DNA from: Actinomycetes bacterium
GTDB taxonomy: Bacteria > Actinomycetota > Acidimicrobiia > Acidimicrobiales > Bog-793
Reading direction: 5' to 3'
Length of the DNA: 39,794 nt
Assembly (NCBI GenBank): GCA_021794645.1
Contig: JAJYQK010000017.1
Coordinates: forward strand, 1-39,794
How positions within the stretch are numbered: position 1 is the first letter of the stretch; each line of letters starts with the position of its first letter. The position numbers and the translations under genes are program-made. The notes beneath the pieces are model-generated. The model worked only from the letters and a program-made list of their open reading frames with translations, ran no database searches and was not told where the DNA came from. Positions 1 to 7,269 of the stretch are shown piece by piece.

Positions 1-535
1 ACGTCGCCTCCCGCCCCGAGCTGGCAGGAGGCTTCGGAGCTGTCTGCTTCTCGAGACCGGCGCCACCCGGACCCTCTCCCTCGATCAGACCGAGCTCCCG
101 GGCGAAGTCCCCGATGTCCTCGAAGCCCTTGTAGACCGAGGCGAAGCGGACCGAGGCGACGTCATCGAGCAGCCGCAACCGCTCGAGGACCGAGAGGCCG
201 ATCTGCTCGCTCGTCACCGTCGGGCCGCTGCGGCGCATGGCCTCTTCCACCTCGAGGCCGAGCCGCTCGACAGCCTCGTCGTCGACGGGCCTGTTCTTGC
301 ACGCCGCCCGCACGCCGGCCACCACCTTCGAGCGGAGGAAGGGCACCCGCTCACCGGAGCGCTTCAGCACCCAGAGCACAGCCTCGGTCGGTCGCTCGTA
401 GGTGGTGAAGCGCTGACCGCAAGCAAGGCACTCGCGGCGGCGGCGGATGGCTCCGCCCTGCTCGACCTCGCGGGAGTCGACCACCCGGTCCTCGACTGAG
501 TCGCACCAGGGGCATCGCACGCCCCGACGGTACAT
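1..535 (-). CDS. nrdR: Transcriptional repressor NrdR (zinc ribbon + ATP-cone). The C-terminal end runs off the left edge of the window.
   Basis: Absent from the ORF track because there is no stop in the window. Manual minus-strand translation from ATG 535 gives MYRRGVRCPWCDSVEDRVVDSREVEQGGAIRRRRECLACGQRFTTYERPTEAVLWVLKRSGERVPFLRSKVVAGVRAACKNRPV...DDVASVRFASVYKGFEDIGDF. This shows a CxxC...CxxC zinc ribbon followed by an ATP-cone. An in-frame GTG at 520 (MRCPWC...) is an equally plausible start. The position next to the LysM gene and lexA matches the mycobacterial arrangement. Confidence 0.85.
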   Translation of the reverse strand, partial: MYRRGVRCPWCDSVEDRVVDSREVEQGGAIRRRRECLACGQRFTTYERPTEAVLWVLKRSGERVPFLRSKVVAGVRAACKNRPVDDEAVERLGLEVEEAMRRSGPTVTSEQIGLSVLERLRLLDDVASVRFASVYKGFEDIGDFARELGLIEGEGPGGAGLEKQTAPKPPASSGREAT

Positions 536-570
536 CCACGGCCTTGCCCGGCTGGTTCGTCGCCGCCCTC

Positions 571-1320
571 TCAGCGGGGGAGGAGGAGCCGTTCCCCCGG
601 TTGCAGGAGGCCGCCGTGGATCTGCTGCTCGAGCTGGTCGACCAGCGGCCGGGGGTCCCGGCCGGGCTCGACTCGAGCGGCGATCGACCAGAGCGTGTCG
701 CCGGGGCGGGCCACATAGGCGTAGCCGTGGGCGACCGGCACCGAGCCGGGCAGACGCACCACTGGGCCGGAGTGGGCACCGGCGGCGAGGGCACCGACGC
801 CGAACCAGAGGGCGACGAAGAAGCCGAGGGTGGCGACGCCGGGGAGGAGGCGCCGCAACCCCCGCTCGGGGGCGGGCCGCACCCGGGTCTTGGTGCGGGG
901 GCGGCCTGCCGGCGAAAGAGGGGAAAGAGGGCGGGTGGGAGCCGACCGCCGGGCGGGAGCAGCTCGAGGGCGGGGCGAGGCGAGCTCCTCAGAGCCGTCG
1001 GCCGGCGCCGGGAGGGGGCGGACCAGGCCCTGGAGGCGGCGACGGGCGAGCTCGGCCAGCTCTCGCTCGAGCCAGGCATCTGCATAGGAGGCTGCCGGCC
1101 GGGAGATCTCTTCTCGCGGCTCGAGCCAGAGCCGCTGATGACGGGGAGGGTAGGCGACCAGCTCCTCGGCGAGGACGTTCCAGCGGAAAGAGGCGTCCCC
1201 TTCCCCCAATTCCTCACCGGCTCGCAGGGAGCGGAGCTGGCGCTCGGGCGGGGCCGCCTGGCCGGACGGGTCGAGGGAGGCCTCCTCTTCATCCCACTTC
1301 TGCTCGGCGGTTGCCCTCAC
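571..1320 (-). CDS. LysM-domain membrane protein divergent from lexA (ChiZ/YneA-like putative SOS-induced division inhibitor or cell-wall binding protein)
   Basis: Frame of ORF 571..1383. I place the start at in-frame GTG 1320, preceded by a strong SD (GGGAAGGAGGAG, then 3 nt). Architecture: charged, Arg-rich N-terminal region, then one TM segment (LLPGVATLGFFVALWFGVGALAAGA), then a C-terminal LysM motif (YVARPGDTLWSIAARV...). SOS boxes lie in its upstream region. Confidence 0.8.
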   Translation of the reverse strand: MRATAEQKWDEEEASLDPSGQAAPPERQLRSLRAGEELGEGDASFRWNVLAEELVAYPPRHQRLWLEPREEISRPAASYADAWLERELAELARRRLQGLVRPLPAPADGSEELASPRPRAAPARRSAPTRPLSPLSPAGRPRTKTRVRPAPERGLRRLLPGVATLGFFVALWFGVGALAAGAHSGPVVRLPGSVPVAHGYAYVARPGDTLWSIAARVEPGRDPRPLVDQLEQQIHGGLLQPGERLLLPR

Positions 1321-1382
1321 GACTCCTCCTTCCCTCTCGTTCGTGGCCCTGAGGCGTACATCTGTTCGGCGCCATCCAACCA

Positions 1383-1396
1383 CGAACGCCTGTTCG
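1383..1396. promoter_or_regulatory. LexA operator (SOS box 1), perfect CGAAC-N4-GTTCG
   Basis: The sequence is CGAACGCCTGTTCG, a perfect palindrome matching the Gram-positive/actinobacterial Cheo-type consensus GAAC-N4-GTTC. On the minus strand it sits immediately downstream of a TTGACA hexamer (1403..1398). That places it in the spacer of a candidate promoter for the LysM gene. Confidence 0.8.
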
Positions 1397-1412
1397 CTGT
1401 CAACCAGTCGCC

Positions 1413-1424
1413 GAACGGACGTTC
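1413..1424. promoter_or_regulatory. LexA operator (SOS box 2), GAAC-N4-GTTC
   Basis: The sequence is GAACGGACGTTC with a perfect core. It lies 30 nt from box 1 in the lexA/LysM divergent spacer. Confidence 0.7.
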
Positions 1425-1427
1425 CAC

Positions 1428-1439
1428 GAACGGATGTTT
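1428..1439. promoter_or_regulatory. LexA operator (SOS box 3), one mismatch
   Basis: The sequence is GAACGGATGTTT, with one mismatch in the right half-site. It overlaps the proposed lexA -35 hexamer. Confidence 0.5.
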
Positions 1440-1466
1440 GTATTCGCCGGCCGAGGCGAGTACCCT
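1438..1466 (+). promoter_or_regulatory. Candidate lexA promoter (-35 TTGTAT, 17-nt spacer, -10 TACCCT)
   Basis: TTGTAT at 1438..1443 and TACCCT (TANNNT type) at 1461..1466. This would give a leader of about 24 nt carrying the SD AGGAGAGGAG before ATG 1497. SOS box 3 overlaps the -35, which is consistent with autoregulation. Confidence 0.4.
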
Positions 1467-1496
1467 GGCCCGGTCCGACCAGGAGAGGAGATCGGC

Positions 1497-2129
1497 ATGG
1501 CCGAGAATGCGCTCGCCGGCAAGCGGCGGCTCATCTTGGAGTTCATCGCGGAGCAGATCCGCCAGCGGGGCTACCCCCCCTCTGTCCGCGAGATCGGGGA
1601 GGCCGTCGGCCTCACCTCCTCCTCGACGGTGCACGCCCATCTGCAGGTGCTGCAGCGAGACGGCTACCTGAAGCGCGACCCCACCAAGCCGCGGGCGATC
1701 ATCGTCAGCTTCGAGCCGAGCTCGGGAGCTGCCCTGCGTGTCCGGCCGGCCTCCCACGTGCCTCTCCTCGGCGAGGTGGCCGCCGGCACCGGCGTCCTGG
1801 CGGAGCAGAACGTCGAGCAGGTGCTCCCCATCCCCGAGGACTTCACGGGCAAGGGCGAGCTCTTCATGCTGCGGGTCCGGGGCGAGTCCATGATCGAGGC
1901 GGGCATCTTCGACGGCGACTACGTGGTGGTCCGCCGCCAGCCGACCGCCGAGGCGGGCGAGGTCGTCGTGGCGGGCATCCCGGGTGAGGAGGCGACCGTG
2001 AAGACCTTCAAGCGCCGCCGGAACAAGGTCGTCCTCGTTCCGGCCAACCCTTCTTTCTCCGAGATCGAGCTCGACCCGGCGGAGGTCACCCTCTACGGCA
2101 GGGTCGTGACGGTCCTCCGCCGGCTCTGA
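1497..2129 (+). CDS. lexA: LexA repressor
   Basis: ORF 1434..2129, trimmed to ATG 1497 (SD AGGAGAGGAG 6 nt upstream). The N-terminal winged HTH reads RGYPPSVREIGEAVGLTSSSTVHAHLQVLQRDGYLKRDP. It has an Ala-Gly cleavage site (GEVAAGTG) and the Ser/Lys dyad context (RGESMIEAGI ... TVKTFKRR). Confidence 0.97.
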   Translation: MAENALAGKRRLILEFIAEQIRQRGYPPSVREIGEAVGLTSSSTVHAHLQVLQRDGYLKRDPTKPRAIIVSFEPSSGAALRVRPASHVPLLGEVAAGTGVLAEQNVEQVLPIPEDFTGKGELFMLRVRGESMIEAGIFDGDYVVVRRQPTAEAGEVVVAGIPGEEATVKTFKRRRNKVVLVPANPSFSEIELDPAEVTLYGRVVTVLRRL

Positions 2130-2210
2130 GGCCGGGGGCGGAGTGGAAGAAGCCCCGCCGCCAGCCGCCATCTTTCTCATGAAGAGAAGGTAAGGCGAGG
2201 CTGTAACAGC

Positions 2211-2244
2211 GGGGCTGAGCTGGGCCGAGCTGCGCCCGAGCCCC
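2211..2244 (-). terminator. Imperfect GC-rich hairpin directly after the cytochrome b stop codon
   Basis: Minus strand after the TGA: GGGGCT-C-GGGC gcagctcg GCCC-agctc-AGCCCC. There is no U-tract. It lies between the convergent lexA and cytochrome b genes. Confidence 0.3.
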
Positions 2245-4074
2245 TCAGGTCCTCCTCGGTGTCTCGAGGTGGGCGGCCTCGTCGCTCGGTGCGCCCGTCT
2301 CGATCCCGAGATCGCTCACCGCCTGGTGGCGCTTGTACCAGTTGCGCCAGACGAGCCGGTGGAGCGGTACATAGCGGGGGATGTCCCGCAGCCCCGGGAT
2401 GAAGGGCACGAGCAGGAGCAGGATCGTGGCGAGCCCCGTCATGTAGACCGCGATCAGGTCGACGCTCGCCGAGCTCGAGAAGCCGGGCAGCTGGTACCAG
2501 AGCGTGTAGAGCCACAGCCAGGGCTGGCCGGGGTAGCTGCCGGACTCGTTCATGACACCCCACTGGTTGCCCGTCAGGTGGGCGGCCTTGGCGAGGTTCG
2601 AGAAGTAGTTGCCGTCCTCGAGGAACAAGAGGGGCTTTGTGTAGTTCGTGCCGTAGAAGGGCTGCTGGGCGAGCAGGTCGGCGTCGAGCGCCCCCGAGCG
2701 GGCCATGGTCAGCTCGTTCGCCACAAGGGTGGGAACGGGACCGTCGGCCGCCGCCGGCACATGCGGGACACCGTTTTTGAAGCTCACCCTCCTCTCGGCC
2801 TTGAGGTAGGCCTTCGCCCAGCCCCGCTGGACGGCGCCCGGCGCCGACTCGTAGCGGCTGAGAGCTGCCCGCAGCGCCGGGTTGCCGCTGGAACCGATCG
2901 AGAGCGGCGAGAGGACGAAGGCCTTGGCCGCATCGACCGGGGTGCGGACGCCGGCCAGCAGCTGCCAGGAGACGCCGATCCGCTGCACCATGCCCGAGCC
3001 GTGGTTGTAGGGCGGCCCGTAGATGGCCGTCTCGCTCGTGCCGGCCAGCTCGCTGGCGGTCGTCCCCATGAAGTCCTTCGGGGCCACCTTCGCCCACGAC
3101 TGCACGGTGACGGGCGGGTCGTCGGGCGACGACAGGATGCCAGCCAAAACCACGACGAGGAGGAGCACCACGGCGGTGGCGATCGTCGCCTCTTTCAAGA
3201 TGTCGTAGCGCCGGACGGGGCCCTTCCAGTCCTTGGCGTCGGCGGCGGCCGCCTGGCGGCGGGCCTCCCGGCCGGTCGCCCGCTTGAGCGGCAGCGGGTG
3301 GGAGACGCCCCGCACCCGGACGAGAAGGACGTGGGCCCCGACTATGGCGAGGAGCACCACGGGCAGCAAGACGATGTGCCACATGAGCATCTGGCCGAAG
3401 TTGAGCAGGTTGAAGAAGCCGCCCAAACCCGTGGCGTTGATGGCGTCCTTGCCGTTGGTCGAGATCCACTGGGAGTCGAAGTTCTGCTGGGAGAGGTAGC
3501 CGGTGAAGCACTCGACGACCGAGGCTCCAAAGGCGATGACCCCCGTCATCCAGGTGAGGGCTCTCCTCCCCCGCCAGGCCGCCATCCAGAACTTGCCCCA
3601 GAGGTGGATGACCATGAAGGCCATGAACAGCTCGACGCTCCAGAGGTGGGTCGAGTTGAAGAAGTGCCCGACCGGGTTGTAGTGCCACCAGTCCGGGCCG
3701 CCGAGGGCGAGGGCGGCTCCCGAGACGATGGCCATGGCGAGGGCGGCCAGGGTGGCGACGCCGAAGACGTATATCCAAGAGGCCACGTAGGCGGGCTGGC
3801 TGTCGGGAAGGAGCTTGCCGGGCGGGAGCAGGCGCATCCCCAGCCGACGGAGACGGGCGGTCCACATCTTGGCGGCCTCGGGGTCGCTCGGCACGGCGGC
3901 AGCCGCACCGTCATCGCCGTAGCCGCTCGGGGCGACCGTCTCGCCGTGGCGGCTGCTGGGAAAGCGGACGAGCAGCGCCACCCCGAAGATGACGACCATC
4001 ACACAGATGAGTACGAAGTTGGCCAGGGAGACCTGGATTATCGACCAGTGTAGGTATGTACCTGGGCTGTTCAT
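2245..4074 (-). CDS. Divergent di-haem cytochrome b family membrane protein (QcrB-like N-terminal half, atypical C-terminal half)
   Basis: ORF 2245..4086. I prefer ATG 4074 (SD GAGGAGGG upstream). Helix B carries H-x13-H (HLWSVELFMAFMVIH) followed by WGKFWMAAWRGRRALTWMTGV. Helix D carries H-x14-H (HIVLLPVVLLAIVGAH). These are the haem-ligand spacings of b6/actinobacterial QcrB. About 250 hydrophilic residues follow, then terminal TM segments (WLWLYTLWYQLPGF..., LIAVYMTGLATILLLLVPFIPGL). Confidence 0.8.
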   Translation of the reverse strand: MNSPGTYLHWSIIQVSLANFVLICVMVVIFGVALLVRFPSSRHGETVAPSGYGDDGAAAAVPSDPEAAKMWTARLRRLGMRLLPPGKLLPDSQPAYVASWIYVFGVATLAALAMAIVSGAALALGGPDWWHYNPVGHFFNSTHLWSVELFMAFMVIHLWGKFWMAAWRGRRALTWMTGVIAFGASVVECFTGYLSQQNFDSQWISTNGKDAINATGLGGFFNLLNFGQMLMWHIVLLPVVLLAIVGAHVLLVRVRGVSHPLPLKRATGREARRQAAAADAKDWKGPVRRYDILKEATIATAVVLLLVVVLAGILSSPDDPPVTVQSWAKVAPKDFMGTTASELAGTSETAIYGPPYNHGSGMVQRIGVSWQLLAGVRTPVDAAKAFVLSPLSIGSSGNPALRAALSRYESAPGAVQRGWAKAYLKAERRVSFKNGVPHVPAAADGPVPTLVANELTMARSGALDADLLAQQPFYGTNYTKPLLFLEDGNYFSNLAKAAHLTGNQWGVMNESGSYPGQPWLWLYTLWYQLPGFSSSASVDLIAVYMTGLATILLLLVPFIPGLRDIPRYVPLHRLVWRNWYKRHQAVSDLGIETGAPSDEAAHLETPRRT

Positions 4075-4181
4075 CTGATTACGCACCCTCCTCGCGCGGC
4101 GTCAACAAGAGCCTGCCTTGGCGCTCGGCGAAGCAGTAGGGACCTTCGTCCCATCACAAGGGGTCAAAGGGCCCTCCTCGC

Positions 4182-5291
4182 TCAACTGGCACGGAGGATC
4201 ACTGTGCAGAGGGTGCGGAAGGCCCGCTCCAGCTCCGCCCGCTCGACTCTCTCGCCCGCCGTGTGGGCGAGCGTGGCCTCGCCCGGGCCGAAGTTGGCAG
4301 CCGGCAGCCCGCGCGCTGCGAAGAAGCTGACGTCAGTCCAGCCGAGCTTGGCCCGCGGGGCCTCGCCGCTGGCGGCGACGAGGCCTGCCAGGAGGGGATG
4401 GGCGAGGCCGGGGGCAGCCGGGGCGGAGTGGTTCTCGAGCGAGACGACGAGAGAGCCCTCGGCTCCGCCGGCGGAAGAGAGGAGGAAGGCGCGCAGCTCC
4501 TCGAAGGCCTCGGCTGCGTCCCGGTCCGGGGCGAAGCGGTGGTTGAGCACGAGGCGGGCCGAGTCGGGCACGACGTTGTTCGCCACCCCGCCTGAGACGG
4601 CGACCGCCTGCAGCGCCTCGCGGTACTCGCAGCCGTCGATGACCGGACGCCGCCCCTCGTACTCACCGAGTGCCGCCAGCACGGGCGCCAGCCGGTGGAT
4701 GGCGTTCTCGCCCATCCAAGGCCGTGCCGTGTGGGCGCGCTCACCCCTCGCCTCGACGACCACCCGCATGACGCCTTGGCAGCCGGCCTCGACGCGCGCG
4801 CCCGTCGGCTCGCCGAGGACGGCGGCGTCGCCCCGCAGGAACGCCGGCGCCGCCTCCTCTATCTGGAGCAGGCCTGAGTAGGCCTGGTCGACCTCCTCAC
4901 AGACATAGAAGACGAAGGTGAGGTCGCAGGCAAAAGAGGACCTAAGTCGGGGATCGGCCGCCAGCCGGGCGATCTCCATGAAAAGGGCGACGCCGCCTTT
5001 CATGTCGACCGAGCCGAGACCAGCGAGCCACTCGCCTTCGACTCGGGCAGCCTCATTGCCGTTCGGAGGCACGGTGTCGAGGTGGCCGGCGAGGATGAGC
5101 CGGAGCGGGCGGCCGAAGTCCGTGCGGGCGCAGACGTTGTCTCCGATGCGGGCGAGGGCAAGGCCGCTCGCCTCCCTCGCCAGCCAGCTCTCGACGAAGT
5201 CGGCAAGCTCTTTTTCTTGGTGGCTCACCGACGGGATGGCGACGAGCTCAGCCGTCCTCCCGAGCAGGTCGGGCGGGGTGGGGCCGCTCAT
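4182..5291 (-). CDS. dapE: Succinyl-diaminopimelate desuccinylase (M20 family)
   Basis: 369 aa. Motifs LVAIPSVSHQE, AGHLDTVP and GSVDMKGG are present. The ATG overlaps the dapD stop (ATGA at 5288..5291). Confidence 0.85.
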   Translation of the reverse strand: MSGPTPPDLLGRTAELVAIPSVSHQEKELADFVESWLAREASGLALARIGDNVCARTDFGRPLRLILAGHLDTVPPNGNEAARVEGEWLAGLGSVDMKGGVALFMEIARLAADPRLRSSFACDLTFVFYVCEEVDQAYSGLLQIEEAAPAFLRGDAAVLGEPTGARVEAGCQGVMRVVVEARGERAHTARPWMGENAIHRLAPVLAALGEYEGRRPVIDGCEYREALQAVAVSGGVANNVVPDSARLVLNHRFAPDRDAAEAFEELRAFLLSSAGGAEGSLVVSLENHSAPAAPGLAHPLLAGLVAASGEAPRAKLGWTDVSFFAARGLPAANFGPGEATLAHTAGERVERAELERAFRTLCTVILRAS

Positions 5292-6118
5292 GCCGAGACG
5301 CCGTGGGTGCGCAGGATCTCGTTCAGCTGCGACTTGTCGTGGCGCTCGCCCTCGCTCAGACGGCGCAGCACGAGCACGCAGGGGAGGAAGAACTCGCCTC
5401 CTGCCATCTGCCTGCGACGGGAGGCACCGACGGCGACGCTCCAGGCGGGTACGACTCCCCGGGAGAGCTCCTCGCCCGAGTCACCGTCGATGACCGGGAT
5501 GGAGGGGTTGAGGATAGTGCCCTCACCGAGGACGGCGCCCTCGCCCACCCGGGCGCCCTGGGTCACCATGCAGCGGCTGCCGATGAGGGCGTCGTCGCCG
5601 ATCATGACGGGGACGGCGTTGGGCGGCTCGAGGACTCCGCCGATGCCTACCCCACCCGAGAGGTGGACCCGCTCGCCTATCTGGGCACAGGAGCCGACGG
5701 TGGCCCAGGTGTCGACCATGGTCCCGGCGCCCACCCGGGCGCCGATGTTGACATAGCTCGGCATGAGGATGGCACCCGGACCGATGTAGGAGCCCCAGCG
5801 GGCGGAGGCCCCCGGCACCACCCGCACGCCGGCACCTTCGTAGCCCTTCTTCAAGGGGAGCTTGTCGGCGTACTCGAAGGGCCCGGAGTGCACGGTCTCG
5901 ATCGAGGTGAGGAAGAAGAAGAGCAAGATCGCCTCTTTCAACCACTCGTGGACCACCACCCCACCCGCCTTGTCAACCTCGGCCACCCTCGCCGCCCCGC
6001 AGTCGAGCAGGTCGATCGCCCGACAGACCGTGGCGAGGGCCTCGGCGTCGCCCGCCTCGAGCTCACCGCGCGAACGGCGTCCGAAGAGCTCTGCGATCTC
6101 CTCGCTCAGCTCGGCCAC
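5288..6118 (-). CDS. dapD: 2,3,4,5-tetrahydropyridine-2,6-dicarboxylate N-succinyltransferase
   Basis: This is the C-terminal 276 aa of track ORF 5288..6988, starting at in-frame GTG 6118 (VAELSEEIAELF...). It is near-identical in pattern to E. coli DapD: LMPSYVNIGA..GTMVDTWATVGSCAQIG..VHLSGGVGIGGVLEP. The upstream 290 aa of the listed ORF are an Arg/Pro-rich out-of-frame read of dapC. Confidence 0.92.
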   Translation of the reverse strand: MAELSEEIAELFGRRSRGELEAGDAEALATVCRAIDLLDCGAARVAEVDKAGGVVVHEWLKEAILLFFFLTSIETVHSGPFEYADKLPLKKGYEGAGVRVVPGASARWGSYIGPGAILMPSYVNIGARVGAGTMVDTWATVGSCAQIGERVHLSGGVGIGGVLEPPNAVPVMIGDDALIGSRCMVTQGARVGEGAVLGEGTILNPSIPVIDGDSGEELSRGVVPAWSVAVGASRRRQMAGGEFFLPCVLVLRRLSEGERHDKSQLNEILRTHGVSA

Positions 6119-7269
6119 TAGGCCGCCTCGGCCTCGAGGCGGGCGGCGGCGAGCGCCAGGCGCTCCATCGGCTGCACGACGGCCAGGCGGACGTGGCCGG
6201 CGCCCTCGGGGCCGTAGGCCTCGCCCGGGCTGGCGATGATGCCGGCCCGCTCCGCCAGGTAGCGGGCGAGCTCCCAGCCCGGTCCGCCCGGGCCGGCCTT
6301 GAAGCGCTCGGGCGCTCTCACCCAGAGGTAGAAGGCGCCCTCGGGTACCTCGGCCGGGATGCCCGCCCGCGAGAGGGCGGCGGCGAGGAACAAGAGCCGC
6401 TTCGAGTAGCGCTCCTTCTGCTCGGCGACCGAGGCGTCGTCGGCGTAGGCGACGGCGGCGGCGTGCTGCACCGGGCCCGGCACGATGAAGCCGGCATGGC
6501 GCCTCGTGGCCGCCAGGTAGCCGACCACGTCGGCGTCGCCGGCGTAGAAGCCGGCCCGCACCCCGGCGAGGTTCGACCGCTTGGAGAGGGAGTGGAGGGC
6601 GAGGACGCCCTCGGTGCCGTGCTGGAGGATCGAGCGGGGGGCCGAGCCCCAGGTGAACTCGGCATAGCACTCGTCGGAGACGACGAAAACGCCGTTTGCA
6701 CGGCCCCACTCGGCGGCCTCGTCCAGCTCCTCGATCTGGCCGGCCGGGTTGCCCGGTGAGTTGACCCACAGGCACAGGGCGCGGCCGGCGTCTTCGGCCG
6801 ATATGGCGCCGTAGTCGAGGCGGCCCGTCGGCCCGAGCGGCACCCGGACGGCTCGGCAGCCGGCGAGGACCGCCCCCATCTCGTAGCTCGGGTAGCTGAG
6901 CGCCGGGTACAAGACGGTGTCGCGCCAGGGGCTGCGCAGCTTCAGCCACTGGGGGAGGCCGGTCACGAACTCCTTGCTGCCGATGCAAACAGCCAGCTCC
7001 TCTGTCGGCGAGAGGGAGACGGCAAAGCGACGCTCGAGGAAGGCGGCGGCTGCCTGGCGGAGCTCGGCCGAGCCGGCCGAGGGCGGGTAGCCCCGTTCGG
7101 CCCCAGACTCAGAGAGGGCCGCCACGATGCGGGGAGAGGGCGGGTCGCAGGGCGTGCCGATGGAGAGATCGACAGGGCCGCCCGCCAGCTTGGCGGCCAG
7201 CTCGGCGAACTCGGTCAGCTTGTCGAAGGGGTAGGTGGGCGGGACGAAGCCGCCGGTGGCGGTCGTCAT
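6118..7269 (-). CDS. dapC: Succinyldiaminopimelate aminotransferase (class I PLP aminotransferase)
   Basis: 383 aa. It has NSPGNPAG and the PLP-lysine context SLSKRSNLAG. The N-terminus (PTYPFDKL) is typical of actinobacterial DapC. It is coupled to hflX (ATGA at 7266..7269) and to dapD (TAGTG at 6118). Confidence 0.8.
   Translation of the reverse strand: MTTATGGFVPPTYPFDKLTEFAELAAKLAGGPVDLSIGTPCDPPSPRIVAALSESGAERGYPPSAGSAELRQAAAAFLERRFAVSLSPTEELAVCIGSKEFVTGLPQWLKLRSPWRDTVLYPALSYPSYEMGAVLAGCRAVRVPLGPTGRLDYGAISAEDAGRALCLWVNSPGNPAGQIEELDEAAEWGRANGVFVVSDECYAEFTWGSAPRSILQHGTEGVLALHSLSKRSNLAGVRAGFYAGDADVVGYLAATRRHAGFIVPGPVQHAAAVAYADDASVAEQKERYSKRLLFLAAALSRAGIPAEVPEGAFYLWVRAPERFKAGPGGPGWELARYLAERAGIIASPGEAYGPEGAGHVRLAVVQPMERLALAAARLEAEAA

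Noticed and set aside
5288-6988. A 566-aa ORF that looks like a fused protein. The same issue affects 18099..21629 (1176 aa), 25338..27803 (821 aa) and 33169..34398 (409 aa).
   Set aside because: Only the C-terminal part shows family motifs (DapD, DUF5719-like, GT4 and RmlD respectively). The N-terminal part is an out-of-frame read through the upstream gene. An in-frame GTG or ATG overlapping the upstream stop gives normal-length proteins.
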